Virus record (IMG/VR): IMGVR_UViG_3300035070_002905
Span: 96,001 to 160,000 of that record
Length of the DNA: 64,000 bases
Origin: a virus
Strand: one strand, 5' to 3'
In this document: positions 17,690 to 28,317 of the stretch, one piece after another
How the letters are laid out: every line of letters starts with the position of its first letter
Numbering within the stretch: position 1 is the stretch's first letter
Program-made: the position numbers and the translations under genes
The notes under the pieces: generated by a model
Databases searched by the model: none
Told to the model about the DNA's origin: nothing
Seen by the model: only the letters and a program-made list of their open reading frames with translations

Positions 17690-20600
17690 CTAGATAAGAT
17701 ACGGTTGGCCTATGCCGATAAGAATCGTATCATCATCGATTACCTGGAATACCTCTTGGATCAAACCTGATACAGGCTGAGCCGAAGTAAATGTCCCTGC
17801 ACTGTTTAGCCAGTAGTACTGTCCGGTAGTATAGCCGTGTCCGGTAATCGTACAGATTCCGCTAGACTGTACTCGATAGGTACCGATGTCCACTACCTCA
17901 CATACAAAGCCGGTAGCCGGAGCCATAGACGATGCATCTGCCGGAGCCCAGTTAGCACCTGCACCTCTAGCTAGCAACTGCTGCTGAGTAAACGGATGGT
18001 TAGGGTGGACTACTGTAATGATATCAGTTGAAGCACCTTCGATAGCGCTAACGTTTAGACGCTCAGTACCAGTTAATGCCTCTAGCTTATCGCGAATCTG
18101 GATTCCAGTATCGCTGCCTACCGGCACGTCTGCATGAAACTTAATGTTAGTTACTGCAACTCGAGCGAATACGATGTGTAGATCGTTTGTTACCAGTCCA
18201 CCAGCTCCTGGAGTAGTCGAAACAGTCCAGTAAGTGGTGTCCGTATTAGTATGAGCTTCTGTACCAACTACTGGATCTATTTTAGTAGCACCACCACCCA
18301 CAGGGTTGCCTTCGTACACGCGGATATCACGATCAGTACCCGATGAGGTCACTTGACCGTATCGAATCTCTAGGACCATGTTATGTGTAAGGGCACCTGC
18401 CGGGACTACCAGCTCACATACATCCGCGGAGGCAGAAGTCTCATCGGCGAATACGTTAGTGAAAAAACCTGCACCGCTACCGAAACCAAGAGGGAAGCTA
18501 CGTCCTGCATCTCTACGGAATGATGCACTTACACCAAGGCCTTCGACCATGTCATCTGCTAGAGTGTTCAGTGGAATGCCGTTAGTAACTCCGAAATCCT
18601 CGAAGATCTTAAGGGCCGCACTACCGAATCCACTACCGCGGATATCAGATGCCATAAACGGAGCGTTAGATACTACCTGTAGATCGTAAACGCCTTGACG
18701 CTGTACTACTACGTGGTAATCATCGGTTGCAACCAGCGCACTATCTAGGTTCCAAACTACAGTCTGTAGAGCACCGTATACGTTAGACTCTTGACCGTAT
18801 ACCGGATCAACTACTACACCGCCTGATGTAGGATCACCTCGGTATACCCTGAAGTGCCTATCACCGGTAGCAGATCCACGTGCGAATCGCGCCTGTAAGA
18901 CCTTGCCTCGAGCTTCCTGTGCTGGAATTATGAATTCCGCTACTGCACCGTCTCCCGTTTCATCTACCGAGCTGTTAAGCCAGAACCACCACGAGCCTGC
19001 CGTTAATGAGGCAAACGGCATGATACGAGAGTTAGTATCTCTCCATGCAGTCCCTGGGACTAGAGTACGTTCAAGTAGCTCATCGCCCTGTGCCTTAGTA
19101 AGCGTAGTACCGGTAGGAATAGCATCACGTACCGCAATCTCACGAAATACGTTCTGGAACGTACCTGTACCATCTATATTCAAGTTCTGAATAGCAGATG
19201 AATCCAGGCGATCTGTACCTGTTAATGCCTCTAGTTCATCCCGAATCTGTGTACCAGTAGACTGGCCAAGAGATGTATGGAACTCTACGTCAAGTAGAAT
19301 CTGACGTCCTAGGTATACGTAGATGTCAGCTGAGTTAGCTGGGACCTGGTAAGTTACCGCATGAGCAGTAGCACCGCTGTTCGTACCGACTACCGGTAGA
19401 ATCTCTGTACCTGAAGCTGTAGCATCACCGTTGAATACACGTAGTTCACGAGTCAGACCTGACACGATATCACTTATGAAGAACGTGATGTATGAACCGC
19501 CAGTTAGATCTTTACCAGTGAAGATTACCTCGCTGTACGCGTGACCTGCATCTGTAGGATCTTGTCCACCCGATGGTGCATATACACCCCACGAGTCAGC
19601 ATCGTCGTAGTATGCTAGTGCAGTACGAGCTGTAGTAACACCTACACCAAATGTGCGTAGGATCTCTGTAGACTGTGCTACCGATAGAGCCTCATCATCT
19701 GCAATAGAGTCACGGTCTGCGATCGTCTTAGCATGCTTAGCGTACTTACTGAATACATTCTGTACCGCCCAAGATTCTAGGCGATTAGCCTCTGCCACCG
19801 ATTCGATATCATCGATAAGCTCTAGTGGAGTAAACCCTAGACGATTGTTGATCGCCTGAAGAGATAGCTCTTCCCAGTCTGCCGCGTTGAATGCACCTGC
19901 AGTAACCGTAGCGATAGCCACGTAGTCACGTCCAAGGTGAGATACATAGGCGCCGATCGCATAGTTGTTCGCGATGTTAAACACGTTGTAAGCTGCCGCA
20001 CCACGTAGGGATACGATGTCACCTTCAACTGCTTCGATTCGGTTTTCGTTAGTGATTGCACTGACGATCTGCCACTCCGCAACATCCCATGCACCTGCTG
20101 CCACGCCTGTACGTGCTTTGTACAATCTGCTTAGGTAGATTACGTAGGTACCTGCAGTATACGTTGCAGTAGAATCAAAGTCTGCCGGACGAGCTGCCCC
20201 GCGTAACGCCTCGATGTCTACTTCAGCTGTATCGATACGACCTTCGTTATCTACAATCGAGATGACCTGCCATTCCGATGCGTCGAAGTTACCTGGAAGT
20301 ACTGCTGCAATAGCATGGTATAGACGGTTGCCGAATACACAGCTATCGTCGATTGCGTAAGTAGCCGTAGAGTCAAAGTCTGCCGCTACTGCCTGGCCGC
20401 GTAGCTGTTCGTGCGCATCGCTGATACCTACTGAAGTCTCTAGGACTAGCGCTGCGTTACTTAGAGTAGACGCTTCGTACCAGTTAGCTGCATCCCACGG
20501 TCCTGCCGTAAGATCTTCACGAGCGATGAACGTACGGTTATCTGCTGTACGATATACCGAGTCACCTGCAGAGTATGCCTGAGTAGCGCTGAATTCTGTC

Positions 20601-22357
20601 GGGCGGGCTCCGCCACGTAGTTCCAGACGTTCCGGCGCACCGGTATCGCTAGATAGCGGTAGGTTAGTGTGCACTGCGATGTTGTTAACTGTTACTCGAG
20701 AGAAAACGATATGCAAATCAGTAGTTACTGCGCCATCATTCTCTGGAGTAGTCGAAACATTCCAGTAGGTCGTAGCCGCACCTGTATGCGCTTCAGTACC
20801 CTCTATAGGTGTCAACTTGGTTACGCCAGTCGTAGGATCTCCTGGGTATACACGAACATCACGTTCTGTACCGCCAGTAGTAACTTGACCATAGGTAACT
20901 TCTAAGACTTGGTTATGTGAAAGTCGGCTCGCAGGAATCACTAGTTCACATACGTCTGCCGTAGCTGCAGTCTCATCGCCGAACGAAGCCGAGAATAGAC
21001 CGGCACCATTGCCGAACATCCTAGGGTATTGACGTCCTGCGGTAGTACGGAATTCCGCACCGATACCCATACCTTGAACTATATCGTTAGCGTGAGTACC
21101 TAGTAGCTCTCCGTTGACTAGACCTGTTTGTTGGTTAACTAGCGCAGCAGCTTCTGAAAAGGATGCACCCTTAAGAGCGGCCATGTGATATGCTGAGTTA
21201 TCCACTAGTTGTAGATCGAAGATACCTTGACGCTGTACGATGATATGGATATCGCCAGCAACGCCGTCCGGGCGCTCTAGATCCCATACTGTAGTAGCCT
21301 GGCTACCGCGAAGAACGAACTCGTTACCTAGAATAGGGTCGATTTCCACACCTAGGTTAACCGGGTTGCCGTCGTATACGCGGAACATTCGAGTTCCAAT
21401 AGTTGACGAACGAGTGAACCTAGCAGTTAACGCCTTGCCACGTACTGATTCTGCAGGAAGTACTAATTCTATACACGCTCCGGCACCAGTCTCATCTATC
21501 TCACTGTTTCTCCACAGCATGAAGCTGTTATTAGACTGAGATACGATCGGCATGATACGTGAGTTATCAGTAGCCCAGAACGCATCGATACCTAGAGTAC
21601 GTCGAACAATCTCATCGGCTTGTGCTTTAGTTAACGTAGCACCTGAGGTAAGACCATCACGTACGAAGATCTCTTCTACTACCGGCTGGAATGCAGCATC
21701 GCCGTCGAGATTAAGATTCTGGATAGCTGATGCATCTAAGCGAGCAGTACCAGTAAGTTCTTCCAGACGATCACGGATTGTAGTACCGCGTGCGTTGTTA
21801 CGTACAGACAGTTCCTGCCATCGTGCCGTATTGAAGGCTTCCGGCGTAGTTACTGGATCGATACACAGGTATTCACGGGCAGACGTAGTCTCCCATACCG
21901 TAGCACCGAGTACGTACGTAGATGAAGCACTGTAGTCTGCCGAACGAGCTGCGCCGCGTAGCGCTACGATCTCTTCCGGTAGAACGCTAAGTGCTTCTAC
22001 TCGAGTGTTAATAGACTCTAGCGATAGATCCTGCCATTTAGCCGAGTCGAATGCTTCTGCCACGGTAACCGCAGTAGTACAGACATAGTGTACTGAGTTA
22101 AAGGTTACTAGATCATCTAGTGCGTATGTTGCGGTGGCATCATACAGTGAAGCAGAGTTGCTCCCGATGACGCTGTGTACGGTTGATTGTAGGAATCGTC
22201 CGTTAGAGAGAGTGATCTCGCCACCCGTACCATTACATAGGTACGATAGACCGGTCTCAGTGATAAACGTGAATTCGCCTAGCCTAATCGGTAGGGCAAT
22301 CGCTGCCGCTACAGTATCTGCCTGTAGACGTCTCACTTGTTGTTGGTTATAGCTCAC
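17690..22357 (-). CDS. tail fibre-like protein (1555 aa) with six CBM5/12-like repeats and an internal ~380-aa duplication
   Basis: Repeats F/Y-x5-Y-x2-G/D-x2-V...Y...W; duplicated module at ~20640-21780 and ~18105-19246; GTG start with AGGAG RBS. Confidence 0.75.
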   Translation of the reverse strand: MSYNQQQVRRLQADTVAAAIALPIRLGEFTFITETGLSYLCNGTGGEITLSNGRFLQSTVHSVIGSNSASLYDATATYALDDLVTFNSVHYVCTTAVTVAEAFDSAKWQDLSLESINTRVEALSVLPEEIVALRGAARSADYSASSTYVLGATVWETTSAREYLCIDPVTTPEAFNTARWQELSVRNNARGTTIRDRLEELTGTARLDASAIQNLNLDGDAAFQPVVEEIFVRDGLTSGATLTKAQADEIVRRTLGIDAFWATDNSRIMPIVSQSNNSFMLWRNSEIDETGAGACIELVLPAESVRGKALTARFTRSSTIGTRMFRVYDGNPVNLGVEIDPILGNEFVLRGSQATTVWDLERPDGVAGDIHIIVQRQGIFDLQLVDNSAYHMAALKGASFSEAAALVNQQTGLVNGELLGTHANDIVQGMGIGAEFRTTAGRQYPRMFGNGAGLFSASFGDETAATADVCELVIPASRLSHNQVLEVTYGQVTTGGTERDVRVYPGDPTTGVTKLTPIEGTEAHTGAATTYWNVSTTPENDGAVTTDLHIVFSRVTVNNIAVHTNLPLSSDTGAPERLELRGGARPTEFSATQAYSAGDSVYRTADNRTFIAREDLTAGPWDAANWYEASTLSNAALVLETSVGISDAHEQLRGQAVAADFDSTATYAIDDSCVFGNRLYHAIAAVLPGNFDASEWQVISIVDNEGRIDTAEVDIEALRGAARPADFDSTATYTAGTYVIYLSRLYKARTGVAAGAWDVAEWQIVSAITNENRIEAVEGDIVSLRGAAAYNVFNIANNYAIGAYVSHLGRDYVAIATVTAGAFNAADWEELSLQAINNRLGFTPLELIDDIESVAEANRLESWAVQNVFSKYAKHAKTIADRDSIADDEALSVAQSTEILRTFGVGVTTARTALAYYDDADSWGVYAPSGGQDPTDAGHAYSEVIFTGKDLTGGSYITFFISDIVSGLTRELRVFNGDATASGTEILPVVGTNSGATAHAVTYQVPANSADIYVYLGRQILLDVEFHTSLGQSTGTQIRDELEALTGTDRLDSSAIQNLNIDGTGTFQNVFREIAVRDAIPTGTTLTKAQGDELLERTLVPGTAWRDTNSRIMPFASLTAGSWWFWLNSSVDETGDGAVAEFIIPAQEARGKVLQARFARGSATGDRHFRVYRGDPTSGGVVVDPVYGQESNVYGALQTVVWNLDSALVATDDYHVVVQRQGVYDLQVVSNAPFMASDIRGSGFGSAALKIFEDFGVTNGIPLNTLADDMVEGLGVSASFRRDAGRSFPLGFGSGAGFFTNVFADETSASADVCELVVPAGALTHNMVLEIRYGQVTSSGTDRDIRVYEGNPVGGGATKIDPVVGTEAHTNTDTTYWTVSTTPGAGGLVTNDLHIVFARVAVTNIKFHADVPVGSDTGIQIRDKLEALTGTERLNVSAIEGASTDIITVVHPNHPFTQQQLLARGAGANWAPADASSMAPATGFVCEVVDIGTYRVQSSGICTITGHGYTTGQYYWLNSAGTFTSAQPVSGLIQEVFQVIDDDTILIGIGQPYLI

Positions 22358-22407
22358 AGTAATCTCCTATCTATGGTACGCATGCGCGCTAATTAATGTG
22401 CTTACGT

Positions 22408-22415
22408 ATATTTTA
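22408..22415 (-). promoter_or_regulatory. putative late promoter element TAAAATAT
   Basis: Same 8-mer lies upstream of minus-strand genes at 28852, 40468 and 52195; variants at 59073 and 63112(+). Confidence 0.55.
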
Positions 22416-22418
22416 GAC

Positions 22419-22444
22419 AAAAAGAAAGGGCCCGAAGGCCCTTC
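22419..22444 (-). terminator. Rho-independent terminator
   Basis: Minus strand GAAGGGCC-TTCG-GGCCCTTTCTTTTT. Confidence 0.85.
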
Positions 22445-22445
22445 A

Positions 22446-25400
22446 TTAGGTTGGTCTGATGACGTCGAGGAAATCCTCGTTAGCCACTGAATCGTATACA
22501 ATACGAATCGCCGTGTCTGACACTCGGAATACTTCAGTGCCGTGTCGCAGGTGCGCTCCGTTGAACTGGAACCCTGCACGAGTATACTCGTCTGCAGTCA
22601 TGTTAGGGATCGCCCAGCTAGCTCCTGCCGCTACCGTAGCTGTGTACTCGGTAGAAATATCGAAGTTAACTGTAGGGACATCGCCGTTACGCTGTACTAC
22701 CGTATAGATTCCACTGCCTGTATGGACAACCTTACCTACGATGTACGAGTCACGTGGTACCGGAAGATCCTCTACGATGTACGCCTGCATCTGCTCTGAA
22801 GTCATCGGCTCACCGATATACTTCATCAACGCGATGTTAGGACTATCGGAGCGAGCGATCAGAGTATCCACTACGTACGAGTTAGCCGGTACAGTCGCCA
22901 GGGCATCATCCGATGCATCCCAGTACTGGTTACCTGTAGCGGAGCCGCCTGGACCCCACTGGTAATCCGTAACGAAGGTACGAGCCAGCTCTGCGAAGCT
23001 AGTTCCGGCTACTGGAATCAGAACCTCCAGATCTACCGTAGCGTCTGCCGCCGTGTTGTACTGACGTAGAGACTCTGCAATCACTCGACCGGTACGAACT
23101 GATAGGTTCTGTACGTTACGTGCAATGCTTCGGCCTACGACGACCGGAAGTCGTGTTAGATACTCGTTAAGAGTACCATCACCGAAGAACGGTCCGATTA
23201 CGTTAGTAGTCAGAGTAGATCCCGCTATGCGAATCTCACCTACTAGTACGATCTGCGCTAGCTCTGCATCTGTGAATAGTCGTTCCTCGCCCAGTAGGAA
23301 GTTAGAACGTTTAATCACGATGTCGATGCTAGGAGAAGTAGTAGAATTAACTACTGTGTATCGTCCGGTGGGTGCTGTAAATGTACCTACTGGACATATA
23401 CCGACTACTGCGTGCTGATCTGTAGCGACCATTCCATGAGCAATACCCGTCTCACCTGCGTACGATAGGTCTGTAGCGAATAGCTTAGCCTCGATCGCCG
23501 ACATAGCGAATGTCGTAATAGGACTCTCCAGCGTAATCGTCACTGCTCGATCATAACGTAGGCCGTAGTCTCCTACCGGAGTAACCTCCGTCTGAATCTT
23601 AGCGTTCAGCTCTGTCACCGCCGCCTGTAGCTCAGTCGCTACGATAGGGTTAGGTGAAGTATCCTGTGCAGGATCGTAACTAACATCTGCCGCCGTAATA
23701 GGAGGAAGACTAATAGCACCTGAACCCGCAGCCGTAATATCGATCACCGCGTAGCTCACTACATCGGTATCGTCTACGTTGTGCGGAATGACCTGTAGTA
23801 CAGTACTCCCGTCGAACGTACCCGTTACACTAGCACCACCGTTGATTAGCGATAGGACATCGGTAGGGTTACGTCGGATTATGTAGCTACCCTCGCCGAG
23901 TAACTTAACTGTAACCGTTGCAGAGTCAGGGACGTCTGCTTCTGTTACCGCGTTAAGGATAGGCGTTTCGAATACCCAGTCACGTACACCATCTGCGATG
24001 AAGATCGTATTCTGAACGATATCCTCAATGGTAACATACACTGTCGGTAACGATGTGAACACCGTGAACAACCAGTCTGACAGGTAGACATTCGATAGGT
24101 TGGCTACTTCGCCTGTATCGAAACGGTTCTCTGAGACTGAACCGGTATACGGTTGGACCCAATTAGATACTATAGCCGACTGAGCATCTGCTGCAGTAGG
24201 AGGAGTTACTGTAAGGGTCATTACACCCCAGTTATTACCAGCCTTAGGAGCGATCTCTACTCGGACATCAAAGTAATCTACTACACCGGTGAAGGTGAAT
24301 ACCGTAGAACCCATGGTGAATACAGTATCGCTGCCGACAACCTCTACGTCGATCAGTAGCTGACCTGCCGTATTAGGTACCGGAGAGTCTACTGCCGTCC
24401 AGCAAGACTGAAGACGAGCTTTACCTGATGCTAACTTGAAGTTATAGTCGATCACGTTACCGTTATCGAATACTACCGCCAGATTCTCCAGTGACATCGG
24501 ACGGGTTAGACCTGTCTGAGCAGTCGCTGAGGTATCTTCACATTGTAGTACGTTGCGTCCTGACTCGACTACCAGAGAAGGAGTACCTACCTCGGTCCAG
24601 CCTTGCAGTGTTGCATCACCGTTATACAGGTTAGTATTGTACGTTACGCGTGCCGTAAGGTTACGAGAAGTATGGAACTGAGTCTGAGACGTCAGGTCTT
24701 CAAGTAGATCCGGTACGATTACCACTAGCTCGCTGCTACTAGTAAGTTCGTGCTCGTTAGAGACTGCTGCGTATGTCGTATCCCCACCTTTCTGTACTAG
24801 CGCCGCTGCAAGTCGGTATCCGTTTCTACCTGAAGTAGGTAGAGATAGGATAGGAATACCTGCGGATAGCTCTGAGGCCGTGTACAGGGTGTCGCCCTTA
24901 GTAAGCAGTAGATCTCGAGATGAACCAGGCTTCTGGTAAATCCACAGGTAATCTACTGAGAACATACCTTCCGGGATCAGAGCATGCTGTGCGTTCGTTT
25001 CGTCTGAGTCTGGTACAGTACCTAGGATGTTATAGTAACGCCCATCGGCCTGCAGAACCTCATCACGGTTATCATCATCCGGCCATAGTGCACGCACGGT
25101 AGGTGACGTAGCGCCTAGATAAGGTACGACCTGTCCATACGTAGTACGGATGAATCCCGAGGTGATGTTGTAAGTAACACCTGCACCTGGGATTACGTTA
25201 ATACCGCTAAGGATCTCCGAGATTGTACCTTCTTTAATCTCCTCTGAACCGTTATCTGCAAGCCATATACTCTCGGTAATAGTATTAATATTACCTGAGT
25301 CCGCTAGTACGTGTGCGAAGTCCATCGCCCAGGGTTCGTTACTAGTGAATGAAGGGTTCTCACCTTCATCGCCTGTAAGTACAACGATATCATAGCCAGA

Positions 25401-26492
25401 GTTATTGATGTTAACTATGTTATAAGCGTTAGTGAACGTAGAGATATCATATTGTTCACGGTTGCTTACGATAAATAAGTTCTGTACTTCAAAATCTCTC
25501 AGTTGAATCGTAGGGATCGCAGGGATTACGTGATGTTGTCCACGGTATGTATAGCTAAGCGTGTTAACTAGACTTACTGTCAACGGGCCGGTCTGAGCCA
25601 TATATCCAGTAGGTCGTTGGTTATCGCCATTCGTATCGAAACCATAACCGCCTTCTACTGGAACAATCTGGTATGGATTCCATGAGTTAGCGGCAGTGCC
25701 TGCAGTAGAGAAGATCGTACCGGCAGCTACATAGGTCTTAGGGAATGGATACCCGACTAAACCTGCACTGTTGAACTGTACGCGCGTACCTGCAGCTACA
25801 AGCGGCTGATCGAAAGTAAAACGATAAACCCTATAGCCTACACCGTCTGGGTAGCCTGTCTGCTGATTGAAGATCGAACGGTTAAGAATGATCGTACCAG
25901 CTGAAGGCATAGTATCCACGATGAACGTGTTATTAGTACTTACCGGAAAGCTACCGTCTGCCGGCACTGTAGCCGAGACGTACAGCGCATCGCCTTCATT
26001 AAGCGTAATGCCTGGAATAGCAGAGTATTCTAGTTTGTAAGTACCGTTAACGTTACCATCAGTAGCAATCTGTAGGAAGCCCAAGTCTTCGTACGCAAAG
26101 TTCTCACCTAGGAACGACGGGTTGTACGGAGCGTAGTTCTCTGCATCTACCGTCGCCAGTAGACGGGTACCATCGTTAGCCTGCATTAGACTCTGCAGGA
26201 TAGTCTCTACGCTATCGTCAAATGGTACGTAGGGATCTGGCACTTCGCCACTATACGTGATGTTAGCCGCATCGCCGGGAGCACCGCCACCGGTGCCCGT
26301 AGAGATGTCAAATAGGAAGTTCCCATTGTCCAACTCAATATCCGCCACGTTAGTACGCGTAGTACGACAGATATACGGAGTGCTAGTATCCTGAAGGATA
26401 GCTAGTTCACCTGCCTGTACATCTGTTAGTATGGCTGTGGCTGCATCAGCCAGCTGTAACCTACGCAGCTGGTCTTGATTAATTGTCTTCAT
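22446..26492 (-). CDS. large tail fibre/baseplate-associated structural protein (1348 aa)
   Basis: N-terminus NQDQLRRLQLA...GEL...T...YIC is homologous to the N-terminus of 17690-22357; Thr/Val/Gly-rich. Confidence 0.7.
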   Translation of the reverse strand: MKTINQDQLRRLQLADAATAILTDVQAGELAILQDTSTPYICRTTRTNVADIELDNGNFLFDISTGTGGGAPGDAANITYSGEVPDPYVPFDDSVETILQSLMQANDGTRLLATVDAENYAPYNPSFLGENFAYEDLGFLQIATDGNVNGTYKLEYSAIPGITLNEGDALYVSATVPADGSFPVSTNNTFIVDTMPSAGTIILNRSIFNQQTGYPDGVGYRVYRFTFDQPLVAAGTRVQFNSAGLVGYPFPKTYVAAGTIFSTAGTAANSWNPYQIVPVEGGYGFDTNGDNQRPTGYMAQTGPLTVSLVNTLSYTYRGQHHVIPAIPTIQLRDFEVQNLFIVSNREQYDISTFTNAYNIVNINNSGYDIVVLTGDEGENPSFTSNEPWAMDFAHVLADSGNINTITESIWLADNGSEEIKEGTISEILSGINVIPGAGVTYNITSGFIRTTYGQVVPYLGATSPTVRALWPDDDNRDEVLQADGRYYNILGTVPDSDETNAQHALIPEGMFSVDYLWIYQKPGSSRDLLLTKGDTLYTASELSAGIPILSLPTSGRNGYRLAAALVQKGGDTTYAAVSNEHELTSSSELVVIVPDLLEDLTSQTQFHTSRNLTARVTYNTNLYNGDATLQGWTEVGTPSLVVESGRNVLQCEDTSATAQTGLTRPMSLENLAVVFDNGNVIDYNFKLASGKARLQSCWTAVDSPVPNTAGQLLIDVEVVGSDTVFTMGSTVFTFTGVVDYFDVRVEIAPKAGNNWGVMTLTVTPPTAADAQSAIVSNWVQPYTGSVSENRFDTGEVANLSNVYLSDWLFTVFTSLPTVYVTIEDIVQNTIFIADGVRDWVFETPILNAVTEADVPDSATVTVKLLGEGSYIIRRNPTDVLSLINGGASVTGTFDGSTVLQVIPHNVDDTDVVSYAVIDITAAGSGAISLPPITAADVSYDPAQDTSPNPIVATELQAAVTELNAKIQTEVTPVGDYGLRYDRAVTITLESPITTFAMSAIEAKLFATDLSYAGETGIAHGMVATDQHAVVGICPVGTFTAPTGRYTVVNSTTSPSIDIVIKRSNFLLGEERLFTDAELAQIVLVGEIRIAGSTLTTNVIGPFFGDGTLNEYLTRLPVVVGRSIARNVQNLSVRTGRVIAESLRQYNTAADATVDLEVLIPVAGTSFAELARTFVTDYQWGPGGSATGNQYWDASDDALATVPANSYVVDTLIARSDSPNIALMKYIGEPMTSEQMQAYIVEDLPVPRDSYIVGKVVHTGSGIYTVVQRNGDVPTVNFDISTEYTATVAAGASWAIPNMTADEYTRAGFQFNGAHLRHGTEVFRVSDTAIRIVYDSVANEDFLDVIRPT

Positions 26493-26495
26493 GTA

Positions 26496-26960
26496 TTACA
26501 CCTCTAAATCTTGACGTCTCTCACGAGAAGCATTAGCATCGGTATCTTCCACGTTGAACTTGAACTTAGATACGCCGTTCTGATCGTACATAGTAAGCAG
26601 GTTCGTACGCTTATCCCAATACCAACTACCCATTGTAGCAGTCTTGATATCGTTAAGTTCATCAATAATCTGCGCATAGATTGGATCTATGATAGCAGTC
26701 GGAGAATAATCAGTCATAATCTCCAGGACGTCATCACCGTCAGGTACGCCGTTAGGGTACTGTGTAAGATCTAGGGTTACTCGATGATAATTATTTGGAT
26801 CGTTCGGGTCTGTATTACTAACTGTATAGTCGGTAATGCGAACCAGTTTGATCCCGTTAAGATAGATCGTTTCTGCGTCTTTAGAAAACGGGTTGACATC
26901 GAAGGCGTTCTTACCTACTGCATCATCTCCCGTAAAGACTTCTGAATATCCGTAAGCCAT
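26496..26960 (-). CDS. virion structural protein (short beta-domain)
   Basis: IYLNGIKL...DYTV motif typical of tail-associated repeats; in the virion operon. Confidence 0.6.
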   Translation of the reverse strand: MAYGYSEVFTGDDAVGKNAFDVNPFSKDAETIYLNGIKLVRITDYTVSNTDPNDPNNYHRVTLDLTQYPNGVPDGDDVLEIMTDYSPTAIIDPIYAQIIDELNDIKTATMGSWYWDKRTNLLTMYDQNGVSKFKFNVEDTDANASRERRQDLEV

Positions 26961-27445
26961 TACGCGGTACCTCCCGTCTTGTACATAGCCCTGATGTATA
27001 GGTCTGCAGCCTTAGTCCTTTGGTTCGTAACGAATGGACGACCTGCGTACTCGCTAAGACATGTATGGAATGCCTCGCCGTGCCCCTCATTATCTAGGAC
27101 GTAGCCAGTTACTTCACGTAGCATATCATTCTGAGGTACATTCGCTTTACCGAGGATCTTCCATGCTTCCTGAAAGGCGAACGCCAGCTCTAGTGAAGTA
27201 GGGATATCAGTATAGTGAGCGTCGGGGGTGTTGTTATTAGCCACCTCTACGAAGCGCAGGAAGTACTCTGCATCACCTAGGACTAAGTCAGGGTGTTCCT
27301 GTAGTGCCTTGAGCATTACAATCTGAACTACCGATAGCTCGTCGAAGCGAGCACCTAACTCTAGGCTAATTGTTTCTAACTCTAAAAAGTGCCAGTCAGG
27401 ACCGAGTGTCTTGTCTAGCGATTCATCTAATTTACTTAATAGCAT
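26960..27445 (-). CDS. hypothetical virion-module protein
   Basis: 161 aa; AGGAG RBS; coupled stop/start. Confidence 0.7.
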   Translation of the reverse strand: MLLSKLDESLDKTLGPDWHFLELETISLELGARFDELSVVQIVMLKALQEHPDLVLGDAEYFLRFVEVANNNTPDAHYTDIPTSLELAFAFQEAWKILGKANVPQNDMLREVTGYVLDNEGHGEAFHTCLSEYAGRPFVTNQRTKAADLYIRAMYKTGGTA

Positions 27446-27454
27446 CGTATTCTC

Positions 27455-28306
27455 CTATACCAGACTCTCTAGTACCTGTAGCTCTCCTAGAGGTAGTGCC
27501 TCGATGGCGTCCTTCATTTGGTGGGCTTCTTTAAGTAGCTGGCCGATATCATCACCTAGTGCAGCGCCTGCAGCCTCTGCGACTTTGATTAAGCTCTCAG
27601 CCGGTACGCTCTTCTTGTGTAGCTTAATAGAGCATGCTGCCTGCTTAACCATGAAGCAATCTTTATAGAATGACGGGCCGAAATAGTTAGCCGACTTCTC
27701 TAGTCCGCGGATGGTATTGTAAATGGCACGGTTATCTTCTACGCTAAGCTTCTCGGGATCGGTAGATGCAACTACCTGAGCGATCTTAGTGAACTCATCC
27801 TCGCCGGTAATATCTGCACGATGCTTGAGTGCTTCTACTGCAGCGATCTTACTCATAGTACCTGCGCCCGCGAAGATCTTGATGATATCTGAATCGACCA
27901 TGCTAGAGTAGTTATCCACTAGACTCTCACACGCCGATGCGATCTTATCCATATCAGGTCGTACCTGGGCTAGCTGAGTATGAATGAACCCCTCTGCCTG
28001 TGCAACCTTATCGCCTAGCTCTTGGACGCCTGCCTGACGTACCTGAGCGGCTTTAATCATCTTGCTAGTCATATCGGCTACAACACCGCGTACTTCGTAT
28101 AGGTCTACTGCTTTATCAACTCGAGGGATTGCATCATAATCACCTGGACGGTGTGCGATCTTCTCAAGGTATGCCAGCTCTAGTGCGCTGACGATCGTGT
28201 GGTCTTTGCTGTCTGTCTCATAGTTACCTTCCAGTGCGGCCTGTTTGACCATCTCATTAACTTCTGGAAGAAGCTCTGCTACTTGACGAATAGTATGTAA
28301 AGGCAT
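27455..28306 (-). CDS. putative internal head protein rich in hydrophobic-x-K-x-A motifs
   Basis: MVKQAA, LEKIAH, MIKAAQ, MDKIAS, MSKIAA, FTKIAQ, LEKSAN, LIKVAE. Confidence 0.65.
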   Translation of the reverse strand: MPLHTIRQVAELLPEVNEMVKQAALEGNYETDSKDHTIVSALELAYLEKIAHRPGDYDAIPRVDKAVDLYEVRGVVADMTSKMIKAAQVRQAGVQELGDKVAQAEGFIHTQLAQVRPDMDKIASACESLVDNYSSMVDSDIIKIFAGAGTMSKIAAVEALKHRADITGEDEFTKIAQVVASTDPEKLSVEDNRAIYNTIRGLEKSANYFGPSFYKDCFMVKQAACSIKLHKKSVPAESLIKVAEAAGAALGDDIGQLLKEAHQMKDAIEALPLGELQVLESLV

Positions 28307-28317
28307 ATAATGCTCCT

